64,000 nt of DNA from Callorhinchus milii. Lineage: Eukaryota. Position 1 is the stretch's first letter. The number at the start of each line of letters is the position of its first letter. The DNA is taken from NCBI RefSeq assembly GCF_018977255.1, contig NW_024704743.1, positions 79,486,001-79,550,000 of the forward strand, read 5' to 3'. The notes beneath the pieces were generated by a model. The model searched no databases. It was given only the letters and a program-made list of their open reading frames with translations, and was not told where the DNA came from. Below, piece by piece: positions 1-11,705 of the stretch. The position numbers and the translations under genes are program-made.

Positions 1-224
1 AATTTTTTGCCTAAATTTAGTACACTACACAACAACAACAACAAATTACACTTGTATAGCTCCGTTCATGTCGGAAAGATGTCCCACAATACACATTACA
101 TTTTAAATGGCACAGAATGGATCTTTGAAATGACACTTTGAAATAATGTTGCTATATGAAAAATATTTTCTCATTGCCTAAATTTGAATGATTACAATGT
201 CAAAAGTATTTAGATCATCAAATA

Positions 225-435
225 TTGAACCGAGGTACTGTCTGCCTGTTCAGGTGGTGGTTAAAGATCCCATAGCACTACTGGTAACAGAAGGGAGATT
301 CTCCTAGTATCTTAGCCAATAATCCCCCAGATAAAATTGATCATTCACTTCATGGCTGTTGGTGGGACATTCTTGTGTTCAAGTGGCTGCCACATCCAAA
401 TGCAAGGATTATTATTATTGCATTATTATTATTAT
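225..435 (+). mobile_element. Old Deu-domain SINE (SacSINE1/AmnSINE1-like) fragment
   Basis: aaccgagg..tgtctgcctgttcaggtgg..taaagatcccatagcacta matches the Deu domain as recalled. Similar fragments at ~1478-1635, 12215-12510, 43850-44050, 61940-62120 (+) and 62850-63030 (-). Confidence 0.75.
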
Positions 436-1337
436 TATATTAAAATGCCTTTGAGAATTTGTCAGGAAAATTTGAAGTAATCTCATGTAATGAGATTGTT
501 GAACCAAAAGAGGATTCATTTTTATATGATGTTAGCACAAACTAATGAAAATGAATGTCTCCATTAAATCCTGGAGTGGTCACGAGCATCCAGCGTGAAA
601 AATCTCACAAACATCTGATTGGCAAAGAACTTAAATTTGGTCTTGGGAATTTGTGACTCTATTAAATCTGATGAATTAGACATGGTTAATACGAATCTCT
701 TTGAACAGCAAGAGAGAATCAATCAAACAACTGCTGTGCTATTACTGTATGATCTCCTGTATATGTTTCACTATCATACATATTTTAATGCAGTCTAAAT
801 ATAAGGGCAAATGGTTATGCACTGCAGCAATTTAAGAATTTACCAAAATGGCATGCACGAAATTTAGGATTGACATATATGATTTACACACCAGATTTTA
901 TGACACATTATGTTTCGGTGAATTTCAAGCTGGTGGAGTTGAGGGACGTCAGTGATGGAAAATTGAATACTTTTGCTTATTTTTCTCACTGAGCGAGTTT
1001 GCATGTGATATTTGCAAACTGAATTAGATGAGTTCATTCTAACTGGACTGCCTATTGTTTGCACTTTGCCACTTTAGGATTTGTAATTCTCTGGCCAGTA
1101 ACATTTCCCCATTAATTTCACAATTTTTTAAGAGCAAAATACACAATTAATGTTGGTTTGTAAATATCGCAAATTAGTTACCAATGCCATCATGTACTCT
1201 TTGGGTAGTAATAGTCTGACTGCTCTTTAAGAGAATATTAAGGACACAGGTTTATGATCTCACAATAGATACCAATGCATTTGATCCACAGTCGACCATC
1301 GGGAAGAAGGTCGTGCAACTTCCTGATTGGTAACTAT

Positions 1338-1455
1338 TGGGCTGAAATCCCAGTCAGTATTATGCTTTGGTGTTGTTGACTGCTAACAGGACTTCACCAT
1401 TATACTAGTATTTCACAAAGAAGCTATGGCCATTGCCAACTGGATTTTCAGCCCA
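1338..1455. mobile_element. Short MITE-like element
   Basis: TIRs tgggctgaaatcccag ... ctggattttcagccca. Confidence 0.55.
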
Positions 1456-2230
1456 TATATGCCTAATATGCCCTTTTATGCTGTCCTTCTGTGGAAATGT
1501 TAAACTGGGTCCTGTCTGCCTGTCCAGGGGGTTATTAAAGATCCTATGGCACTACTTGAAAAGAGAAGGGAATTTCCCCCAGTGTCCTGACCAATAACAT
1601 AATTGATTGTTCATTTCATAGCTGTTTGTGGGACAGCTCCGACAGCTGAATTCCCAACCTCAGACTTGGGAATAGGGTTGGCTAAGGCTGGGATTTAGCC
1701 ATTCTGGGGGTGGATTTGTGCAGGGACTTGCGATCCTGCTGTACAGAGGGTGGGAAGAAGCATGAGTTTTAACTCTAGCCAATGGTTTAAACGGAAAAAG
1801 TTGGAAACAAGTCAGACATTTGGTTATAGTATGCACACAATAAAGATACAGATTTGGAGTTGAAGATTTTCTGTGCATCTCATTGATTTTTCCTCCAGAA
1901 TTTCAGCCTCAATTTAGTTCAACTTTCATGTAATTATCCAACAAACGGATATGATGTGTTGCACTTTATGATATGGTAGGTATAAATTTTATTCACATAG
2001 GTCTTATATCTTTTCATTCTGCAATAATATGGTGTCGACATCAAAAGGTCAAATAAGGGATCTGTATTTTTACCCTAAGATCATCAGCATAATTGTACGT
2101 TGGAGGAACAGAAACTGAAAGAGGTGAGTGACTAAGGCAAGAAAGGAACAGAGAATGAATGATACAGAGACATGGCCACAGAGCTGAGGTGAGATAGAGG
2201 CCAACAAATGTGCTTGATGGGAAAGATGTA

Positions 2231-2533
2231 GAGTCCTGTAGCACTTGCCTCACAAGCGAGAGGAACTGGGTTCAATTCCCAGAGAGGGAGAAACGTTGGA
2301 AAGGTTTCCTTATTCCACTCCGCCTCTGTTTACCCAGCAGTAAGTAGGAACCAGTTGTTAGTCGATGGGGGGATCACTTTTTGGGGGTAATAATCCCTCC
2401 AAAAATAATAATAATAATTTCATCACTCAATCCACGAGAGTCAATTCACTTTACTGTATATTCTGTGAAGCGCTTTGAGACATCTCAAAGGCGTGATAAG
2501 GTGCTATATCAAATGCAAGGATTATTATTATTA
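2231..2533 (+). mobile_element. tRNA-Ala-derived SINE, long form with CORE-like segment and L2-type tail
   Basis: gagtcctgtagc head, box B gggttcaattcc, cctctgtttacccagcagtaagtagg, tail aaatgcaagg(att)n. Confidence 0.85.
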
Positions 2534-2672
2534 ATACAGAGACCGTAGAGGCATAATAACGTGAAAGTGAATGAGACAAAAAGGAGGTTTGGAAAGAATC
2601 AGAATTCTCTTATGACAGTGCTTTGAACATTGCTGGTAAGCATGCCCTACACAATCAGGCCTCTGAGCTTTA

Positions 2673-2997
2673 AACAACAACAACTTGCATTTACATAGAG
2701 CCCTTCATGCGAGGCAGTGTCTCGGAATGCTTAACAGTGGTGGATCCTGACACTGAGCCGGGAAGAGTGAGGAGGTAATCATAAGCACGGTCAAAGAGGA
2801 AGGTCTTCAGTCGTGATCTAAAAGAGGGGAAGGAGAAGGCAAGGTGGACGGATTGGGGGAGAGAGTTCCAAAGCTTTGGGGCGTAGTGGCTGAAAGCGCG
2901 GCCACTGATGGTGAAGCGGAGGGAACGAGAGACAAGCAGGAGGTTGGAGTCAGCGAGCGGAGGCAGCGGGTAGTGGAGTGGGGAGAAAGCAGAGGAA
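2673..2997 (-). mobile_element. L2 LINE 3' fragment
   Basis: Minus frame GRAFSHYAPKLWNSLP...[14 protein letters not shown] and tail aaatgcaagttgttgttg. Confidence 0.85.
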
Positions 2998-3857
2998 ATC
3001 TTAAAGTGCAACCTGAAGACATGCAAGGAGGGGGGTGCAATGCAGAGGAATTGAGACAAAGAGTTCCACTTCACCCGCCACCTCTCCAGATAAAACTGAC
3101 CATTCATTTCATGACTGTTGGTGGGTGTTACTCTGTACAAATTGACTGCTGTGTTTGAAAAAGATGCTATAACAAATGTGAGAATTATTATTATAAATCA
3201 TCTTGTTAGAATTCCTGTGGAAATGTGCTCCAGAAGTACTTTGCACTGTACCAGAGATCCTGTGTTTCGGCATGACATATTTCCAGTTGTCTCTGGAGTT
3301 CCGATTTGTGTGATTTAGAAGTCTTATTTAGGATTTCCATTTAAAATCCTGCAAATTGCCACCACCACCACAACAACTTGTATTTATATAGAGCACTTCA
3401 TGTAGGGTATTGTCTTAGAGTGCTTATATTTAAATGAGAACAAAATTAACGTTTTTCCTCTTATGAAAATGACTTTGTTAGTATAATCAGACCCTATGCT
3501 ATACTGTGCATCGATAAATTGTGTTTTGGGGTGGGATGAATGAGAAAGGAGGGTAAAGGGAGAAGGACTCAGCATCAGTTAACCATATTTAATTAAAAAC
3601 AGATCGAACCATTGAATTGCACTAAACTAAGAGCTACACCAAAAGATAGTCCAACTTCTTTTTGGGCTCTGACTTGGCAGAGTCAAAGCCAAAGACACAA
3701 GCACTCATCCCTATCCCAAACGAACAAACAGAAACACTTCTGAAGATGAATATAACAGCGTTTGCTAAAAATTGTCATAAAGTGGACTAATTCCTGTTTC
3801 TAGCTTAATAGAAACTTCAGTGGCCAGTGGTATGTAGAAGTGATTGCAGACCATCCG

Positions 3858-3940
3858 GGTTGCTAGCAACCGTTATCCATTATCAGCGAGAAAAATGACA
3901 AGCAGCGCCTCTTGCCTATGCAACCACCTCCACCACCAAT
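3858..3940. promoter_or_regulatory. Promoter-like motif cluster: two RFX X-boxes, an overlapping MYB site and a CCAAT box
   Basis: Perfect palindrome GGTTGCTAGCAACC (3858-3871), overlapped by AACCGTTA (TAACGG on the minus strand). Second X-box-like CTTGCCTATGCAAC at 3911-3924. CCAAT at 3936-3940. A GAG|GTAATT splice donor follows at 4081/4082. Confidence 0.55.
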
Positions 3941-4607
3941 CAATCACTTTGACAGGCGCTGGAAACACCAACAGTTATTTTTTACTGAATGAAGACACAG
4001 TCTGAGTAGTTGTGAAACATTTCTGACCAGTAAACCAAGTTAACTCACAGTTTCTCACTGCCAAGTAGTTTTACTGCTGAGGTAATTTCCTTGCTGGGCC
4101 TGGTGTCAGTCTAACTAAAGCACAATTCAGGAAGATTGAGGGCATTTCAATGCCAAATCTGTGAAATATTCAGGAAGTTGTGAAACTTTACAGGAAGATC
4201 AGCACGGAACCTTTAATAGGAACATTGAGCTGCAAAAATAAATTGCTAAACTGACATAACCATTTTGAACAGTATTTCAAATCTTGAAAACTTGGAGGTA
4301 TCGTCAGGCTGTTTACTTACTTTATCAATATGTGTGACTTCTGATGCATTTGTTAAAATGAAAAAGGGTAAATAAAAATTTCTACACAAGGCGTGAATAA
4401 TTTGCTGATACATCATAGTGCCCAAGAGGTTCTTTGAACACATTGTCACAAGGGAAATTACAGCTAGGTTTACAAGACACTGATATATGTTGAAGTATCT
4501 ATAAGCGAGAGCTGCTTTAGATTCATCAATGTCAGCAGTTAGTTCTTTTGTGAAGCACCACTGGAGCTTGTAATGTTGGAAGGCTTCTCATTTCTCAGGT
4601 TAACCTT

Positions 4608-4732
4608 ATGATGGCAGATTTACGGAAAAGCAGGAAGGAGAATCAAAAGATCTGCATAACATCTGACAGCCGAAAACATCTTGAATTGGCCCGTGGGGAG
4701 CTGAAATATGTTACAATTCGCCTAAAAAATAC
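4608..4732 (+). CDS. Candidate first coding exon of an unidentified spliced gene (exon 4599-4732; MMADLRKSRKENQKICITSDSRKHLELARGELKYVTIRLKNT)
   Basis: Acceptor ttctcatttctcAG at 4598, tandem ATG with atgATGg Kozak context, donor AC|GTATGT at 4732/4733 (phase 2), downstream of the RFX cluster. No homology recognised. Confidence 0.3.
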
Positions 4733-5569
4733 GTATGTATGTTTTAAAAGGACAAAATTGAAATTAAAGCTAGGTTTCAAAAATCCACCCTTACTACGCA
4801 AGTTACAATCCAACATGAAACCAATACAGTTCTAAATCCACAATCACCACACTTGACTGAGACTTGTAATAGTAATAATCCTTGCATTTGACATAGTGCG
4901 TTATCACGTCATTGAGACATCTCAAAGCATTTCATAGAATATATTGTAAAGTTGATTGACTGTGTGGGCGAAATGCAGCAGCCAATTGCGCAAAGCAGTA
5001 CCCTACAAACAGTCTTGAATTGAGTGACCACATTTTGTTTGCAGCACTAAACATTTTTGTCTTTGAGAAATTATGTGTGCAATATTAAATGAAAAGATTA
5101 TCTTTATTGTTATCCTCCTGGGGAGGAAAGTAATAATAATAATAATAATAATCCTTGCATTTGATATAGCAATTTACCACGTCATTGAGATATCTCAAAG
5201 CACTTTGCAGGATATACTGTAAAGTAGATTGACTGTGTATTTACTTAGAGCACCTCCGACAATGCAACACCTACCCCAGCAATGGAGTGTCAGCTTAGAC
5301 TATTAGACTAAGTGATTCCAAATTTTGGTGTGGGGCTTGAACCCACAACCTTCTGATGCAGAGGTGAGAGTGCCATCACAGAGCCAGGCTGCTGGGGTGG
5401 CGGGGGCGGGGTGTTGGGGAAATGGTAAGCAGTGTCTATTTTAATCTGATCTGGCTCCTAAATAATATACTTGGTAATGGAATGTCGGAATCGAGTCAAC
5501 CATCTGTGGCATCTCGGGGGTCTGGTTCTTGAGCCAAGTGGGTCCGCAATATTCCAGGACACTACTGGT

Positions 5570-6516
5570 GCATCCAAGGCTGCACTCTCCACCTCTCAAA
5601 GCCAGTAAGGAACCTCGGCGTTTTGTTCGACCCTGAGCTGTCCTTTCTCCCTCACATCCGCACCACAACTGGCACCGCCTTTCATCACCTCCGGAACATC
5701 GCCAGACTACGGCATTACCTCACCCCTCACGCTGCTGAAACCCTGGTTCACGCCTTTGTCACCTCAAGGCTGGACTACGGGAACTCTCTCCTCGCCGGCC
5801 TTCCCGCCACCTCCCTCCACAAGCTGCAGGTCATTCAGAACTCTGCAGCTCGTGTACTGTCCCGCACCAGGCTTCGCGACCACATCACTCCCACCCTCGC
5901 TCGCCTCCACTGGCTCCCCATCCCCCAGAGGATTGATTTCAAGATCCTCATCCTCACCTACAAGGCCATTCACGGCCTCGCTCCCTCCTACCTCTCTGAC
6001 CTACTATCCCCCTACCTACCTGCCCGTACCCTCCGTTCCTCCGGCTCCGGTCTGCTCCACGTCCCCCGCCCCAACCGCCCTACCATCGGTGGTCGGGCCT
6101 TCAGCCTCTCAGCCCCGAGGCTCTGGAACTCTATCCCCCAGTGCCTTCGCCTTGCTTCCTCCCTTTCCTCCTTCAAGGCCGGTCTCAAAACCTTTCTCTT
6201 TGACCGAGCCTTCAGCTCCCCTCTCGACTCTCTTCCCCCTCCTCGCTCACTCCCTTCCCTCCCCTCACCCTGACCATTTCCCCCTTCCTCGCTCCCTCCC
6301 TTCCCTCCCCTCACCCTGACCATTTCCCCGTTCCTTGCTCCCTCCCTTCCCTCCCCTCACCCTGACCATTTCCCCCCTCCTCGCTCCCTCCCTTCCCTCC
6401 CCTCACCCTGACCATTTCCCCCCTGCTCGGGTCATGACCCAAATGTGCAGCGCCTTGGGACGTCCTCCTGACGTGAAAGGCGCTTTATAAATGGAATCTT
6501 GTTGTTGTTGTGTTGT
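5570..6516 (+). mobile_element. Young 5'-truncated L2 LINE (same family as 15719-18047)
   Basis: About 98% identical to 17195-18047 in the coding part. The 216-aa ORF differs by one residue. Same tail. Confidence 0.95.
6241..6424 (+). repeat. 46-bp tandem repeat (4 copies) at the L2 ORF2 stop / 3' UTR
   Basis: Unit cctcgctccctcccttccctcccctcaccctgaccatttccccc.. starts at 6241, 6287, 6333 and 6379. The sister element has only two units (~17867-17950). Confidence 0.9.
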
Positions 6517-6574
6517 GGTGACAAAACAGGTTCCTCAGTAGAATTTGGAGAAGCAAACCAGTCACTGGGAGCAA

Positions 6575-6735
6575 ATATTCTTCCTGTTCAGCTTCTATTA
6601 ACCCTGCAAGTCAAAGCCCTAACAGGTAGGATGTTCTCAGCTGGACAAACAGTAGGAAATTGCCAGGTAGTGCTCTCAATGGCAAGCAATATGGTTTTAA
6701 CTGGTTGAACTCCAGCAGCCCACCAAAACACACCC
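6575..6735 (+). repeat. Unclassified interspersed repeat (related copies ~36640-36835 + and ~35370-35455 -)
   Basis: Shared ttaaccctgcaagtcaaagccc.aaca.gtag...gctggacaaacagt...gctctcaatggcaagc...aactccagcag. Confidence 0.7.
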
Positions 6736-7449
6736 TAACGTCTCAAGCAGGAGCAAGAATGTTGTGATTTGAATTTTAAGCCCTGGAACGACTTTGATGA
6801 AAGAATGTTTGTTGTTAATGTTTCTCCACATAATCAGCATGTCAACATTGACTTCCTATGTAGTATTCTGGGTTGGTTAACATCAGCAAACATTTGAATT
6901 GCCTACATTGTAAATTTACTTTGTATCACATTACTTCACACACATCATGAACCCACAGATCACACTGTGCTACCAACAACTCTAACCATAAAGTGAATAA
7001 ACAGGAAATGTCACCACACTTGACTTTGGGCGGTATAATCACTAAGTAAACAACGTCATATCAGACTTATGTCTTTTGTTGGATATAAAATATGTCCTGA
7101 ATATGTTTGGTTTTGCTGATAGTAATATAATGCAATGCAACACATTAGCTGATGTTGTGAACAAATGATGCAGTCAGAAAGTTTCCGAACATCTCCAGTT
7201 TACTTTAATCTATCTAGTCTAGTTTACAGCACTGTGTCACTTCTCCACTGGTTTCCCTTCTAAAGGGTCATTTCCCATTGTATACATTAATGCCCATCCC
7301 CATTGCACACATCATCTCCTTTTGTTCCAAACCAATATAATTATTAGATCCATAATTTCCTTGGAACGTCCTCTCGACGTGAAAGGCGCTCTATAAATGT
7401 AATTTTGTTGTTTGTTGTTGTTGTTGTACCTTTATACCCCCTTCTTTCT

Positions 7450-8070
7450 GAAAAACCTTTCTAATCCCATGTGTTGCAAAAAAAGTATTGCCTTTGTAAG
7501 AAAGCATAACAAAGCAAAATACCTTTGACATGTCAATTAGACCAGTATGTTCAAATCCTGAGAACTATGTGCTGACAATCTATTTGACTTCATCCTTAGA
7601 CTTCATCTATTTTTATTTGTTTCTTTTGACAATGTCTCTTCTCTTCCTCCTACATACATTACCATCCATCTTTAATCCTTAAGATCTCAGATTGTCAGTT
7701 TCCTCTTTCCATTCCCCAGTGCCTCATGTGCAGCTCCTTTAACATCTCTCCTCTTAGTGTTGGGGCTATTATTTTCCTTTCCCCTTTTACAGTATCTCTA
7801 TATAACTCAATAATTACTCTGTATATGAAGAACCCTATAATTTTACCCTGTACTTCCTGTTTTTCCTTTGGCCTTCCCTCCATCACTATCTTCAATAGTG
7901 TCTTACACATCACATGCTTTGTGTATGTCTTGTAGTTTCCCATCTTTGTGCTTGATCCTTATTACAAACATGACCTGGCTTTCTATTTCTTTTTCCAAAT
8001 TTATGTCATGTTCATCCTCAATCTCCTTTACGTATGCGCTTATGGCTGCCTCCCCCTTTCTCTTTCCCCT
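7450..8070 (-). mobile_element. Gypsy-type LTR retrotransposon pol relic (integrase zinc-binding region)
   Basis: Minus frame KGERKIIAPTLRGEMLKELHMRHWGME resembles the ..IP..LR..ML..LH..H.G.E integrase H2C2 motif. Confidence 0.55.
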
Positions 8071-8233
8071 TTCTCTTGCGTAGCGTCCAATCCCAAGCTT
8101 GCAAGACCTCCAAGACGTTATCCTACATGATGGGTACTATATATGTTGCTAGTTGTTGTTTCAGGATATCCTATTCTATTACAGTATAATCTGTGAAGTG
8201 CTTTGAGGTATCGCGAAGATGTGATAAGGTGCT

Positions 8234-10290
8234 ACAACAACAACAACAATATTACATTTGTATAGCGCCTTTCACGTCGGGAGGACATCCCAAGGTGGGG
8301 GGCGGGGAGGAGGGGGCGATGGCATGGTCGAAGAGGAGGGTCTTGAGGCGGGACTTGAAGGAGGCTAAGGAGGGGGGCGAGGCAGAGTGACTGGGGAATT
8401 AAATTCAAGAGGTTGGGGGCAGAGTGGCTGAAGGCTTTCCCACCATTGGTGGGGTGGCTGGGTCGGGGGACGTGGAGCAGGCCAGAGCCGGCTGAGCAGA
8501 GGGAACGGGCAGGTTGGTAGGGGTTAGGAGGTTGCAGAGGTAGGGTGGTTGGGGAGGCCATGGAAGGCTTTGTATATGAGGACCAGGATCTTGAACTGGA
8601 TCCCCTGAAGGACAGGGAGCCAGTGGAGATGGGCGAGAGTGGGGGGAGATGGGGTCACGGAGTTTGGTGCAGGAGAGGATACGGGCTGCAGAGTTCTGGT
8701 TTATCTGCAGCCTGTGGAGGGAGGAGTTGGGAAGGCCGACAACCAGGGCATTTGCATAGTCGAAGCTGGAGGTGATGAAGGCGTGAATAAAAGATTCAGC
8801 GGCCTGATGACACCAAGGTTCCTGACTGGCTTGGCGAGTTGTAGTGTGCAAACATGGAGGTTGATGCTGCCAGAGCCTGAGGTGCTGAGGCACCGGCGCG
8901 AGTCAATCAGGAGGGCCTCAGTCTTGTTCACATTCAACTGTGCAATTTGCCCACATCCAGGACTTGATGACTGACAGGCAGTCTGTCAGGACAGCAGTGG
9001 TTCTGGAGTTGAGGGTGGAGGCAGAAAGATAGAGTTGGGTGTCATTCTCGTACATGTGGAAGTTGATCCCATGTCTGCGGATAATAATATAATAATAATA
9101 ATAATCCTTGCATTTGAAATAGCGCTTTTCTTGTTCTTCCCCAAGCCCAAGGATCATTGTGAGCCCCTACACCACCCCTTTCAACCCAATTAGCCATCAA
9201 GTGCCAAGTGCACACTGAGTACTGAGGACTAATATCCCAATGCACATAACTACATAAGATATCCAGAGTAAGTAACTGCATGTACTGTGTAATTTGGCTG
9301 CTATCAGGAGTGATTTGGCAGTAGGCTTGGTTCAGTCTGAGGAGCCAACACTGTTAAATCAGATTGAGAAATCAGTAGAAAAATCGCATTTTATAGAACG
9401 GTTCTGAAATTACATCCTCATATGTGCTCCTGCTAATCTATTTGAAAGAAAGGAAAATTGTAAAATAACACTGGTGATAAATAAAATAATAAAAATAATA
9501 ATAATCCTTGCACTTGATATAGCGCTTTTCATGTCTTCTCGACGTCTCAAAGCGCTTCACAGAATAGACTGTAAAGTGGATTGACCGTATATTTGTGGCG
9601 AAACCAAGGGGGAGCATGTAGATATTAAAGAGGAGAGGGCCAAGGACAGAGCCCTGGGCAATGCTAGATGTGACAGTGCAGGGGCTGAAGGAGAAACCGT
9701 TAGAGGCAACAAAGTGGATATGGTGAGAGAGATAGGAAATGAACCAGGCAAGGGCAGGTCCACGAAGATTAAGTAAAGAGGAGAGGCTGGAGGATGAGGA
9801 TGGAGTGGTCAACAGTGTCGAAGATGGTAGAGCGGTCGAGGAGGACAAGGAGGCAGATGGAGCCCTGATCACAGATGTTCAGAATGTCATTAGTGGCTTT
9901 GACCAGGGCTGTTTCCGTGCTATGGGCAGCGCGGAAGCCGATTGGAGGGGTTCAAAGAGGGAATGGTGAGAGAGATAGGAGCGGAGCTGGGACGCGATGA
10001 CTCATTGCAGGACCTTGGAGAGGATTGGGAGGTTAGAGATGGGGCAGTAGCTGGAGAGGAGGGATGGATCCAGGGAAGGTTTTTTCAGGATGGGGGTGAT
10101 GACAGCTGTTTTTAGGGGGGTGAGAACTGAACCGGTGGACAGGGAGAGATTGATGACATCAGACAGGAGGGGGGGGCCAGAAGGTGGAGCTGGGAGACGA
10201 GGAGGGAGGTGGGGATGGGATCGAGGGAGCAGGTTTGAGTTTACGGACCGTTGTGGTGAAGGAGAAGGGAGAAATAGGGTTGAAGGAGTA
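8234..10290 (-). mobile_element. Degraded L2 LINE interrupted by a ~520-bp composite insertion (9083-9603)
   Basis: Frameshifted RT/C-terminal motifs ([39 protein letters not shown]) on both sides of the insertion. Tail at 8234. Confidence 0.9.
9132..9603 (-). repeat. Inverted duplicate of 29361-29888
   Basis: 9132-9461 is the reverse complement of 29559-29888 (~98%). 9483-9603 is the reverse complement of the SINE fragment 29361-29484. Confidence 0.95.
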
Positions 10291-10492
10291 TAGTGGCGGA
10301 TGGGTGGGGGGGTGGGTCATGAGGGAGCGGTGATGTGGGGGTGGCTGTGGACGGGGCTGACGTGGCTGAACGCTGTACAAAACGCAAGGATTATTATTAT
10401 TATTATCCCCTTGATGTGAAATGTGCTCTATAAATACAAATTGCATTGTATTGTTGTAGGACCTTCTTGCTTTGTACACAAAACTATGATTA

Positions 10493-10868
10493 GAGTCCTG
10501 TAGCTCAGTAATTAGAGCACTCGCCCCGCAAGCGAGAGACCTGGGTTCAAGTCCTGGCAGGGCAAAATAGTTAGGCAAGTTTCCTTACTCCACACGCCTC
10601 TGTTTACCTAGCAGTAAGTAGGAACCCAGTTATTAGTCGATTGACGGATCGCTTTTCCAGGGGTAAGAATTTCTTAAAAAAATAATAAATTGGTCACTCA
10701 ATCCATGACTATTTGTGGGACACTGCTGTGCGCAATTGGCTTGCCGTGTTTTGCTCATAAAAATATAGTCAATTCACTTTGCAAAATATTCTGTGAAGCG
10801 CTTTGAGATATCTCGAAGACGTGATAAGGCGCTATATCAAATGCAAGGATTATTATTATTATTATTAT
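10493..10868 (+). mobile_element. tRNA-Ala-derived SINE, full-length long form
   Basis: A and B boxes, CORE-like segment, tgtgggacactgctgtgcgcaattggc body, (att)n tail. Confidence 0.9.
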
Positions 10869-11039
10869 ACTTCTGCATCCTTATCATTATTCTCTGCATT
10901 CGAGATAGTGCAGCTGACAATCCCTTTTCAACTATGGTTTGCGAAGACTTTCCAGTTATTCTTTTCTGTATACATATTTATCTGATAAGGAACCCAAAGA
11001 ACAGCAACTTCCATGTCTGATGATCAGCAACTTCACGGT

Positions 11040-11500
11040 ATTGGCAGACTTGTTTCTTGACTCTGCTCAGGGCATTTAGATGATGGTACAGTGGAAAATT
11101 GCACTCTCCAGTGTCTCATTGGATCACGAGAGAGGTTTGGATCCCACTCAATCCCATTCCTCCGGATACCCCATTCCACCATCCTCCTGTCAAAGTACCA
11201 AGTTATGTTTTAAAATACGTCTATTGCCCTGGCCTCAAACAACCCAGGTAGCGCCACCTTTGCACCCTTATCTTTAATGCTGTTCACCAGCATCATATAA
11301 CCTTTCTTTGGCTTTTATATTTTCTTTCCATCATATAATTTATCCCCACGGTGAAAAGCAACAACTGGATTGACTCCCTTCTCATTCCCTCGTGCATCCT
11401 TTTCATGATATATTCCGTACCAAGCTCACTAACCACCTTCCTTACTATTGAGTCCCCTATTACAAAGGCAACCACTGTTGATTGTAAGATTGTATCCCGT
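11040..11500 (-). mobile_element. CR1 ORF1 esterase (SGNH)-domain relic
   Basis: Minus frame VAFVIGDSIVRKV...LFTVGIN resembles the GDS..R and HVGTND blocks of CR1 ORF1. Confidence 0.6.
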
Positions 11501-11569
11501 CATTTGTATGTCTCTTATCGTGTCAGGTCTCATCATTTTGTTTTGTTTCTCTTATCTCACTCTGGGGCA

Positions 11570-11705
11570 TAAAGGAGTTTCTCCTGGTATCCTGACCAAC
11601 AATCTCCCAAATAAAATTGGTCATTCACTTCATGGCTATAAGTGGGACACTAACATGTGCAAATTAGCTGCCGCGTTCACCTACAAATCCATTCAGAGCT
11701 ATTTA
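11570..11705 (+). repeat. Direct duplicate of 12328-12463 (Deu-SINE 3' part)
   Basis: Roughly 93-95% identical, and both share the private end acctacaaatccattcagagctattta. Confidence 0.85.

Noticed and set aside
6241..6424. CRISPR-like array
   Set aside because: Contiguous tandem units without spacers, in a vertebrate LINE 3' end.
9314..9348. Weak resemblance to 28S rRNA (atttgg..gcttgg..ctgaggagccaa)
   Set aside because: Too short and gapped to distinguish from chance by eye.
10793..11020. Recurrent short ORFs ending KCKDYYYY or MQGLLLLL
   Set aside because: Translations of SINE (att)n tails.
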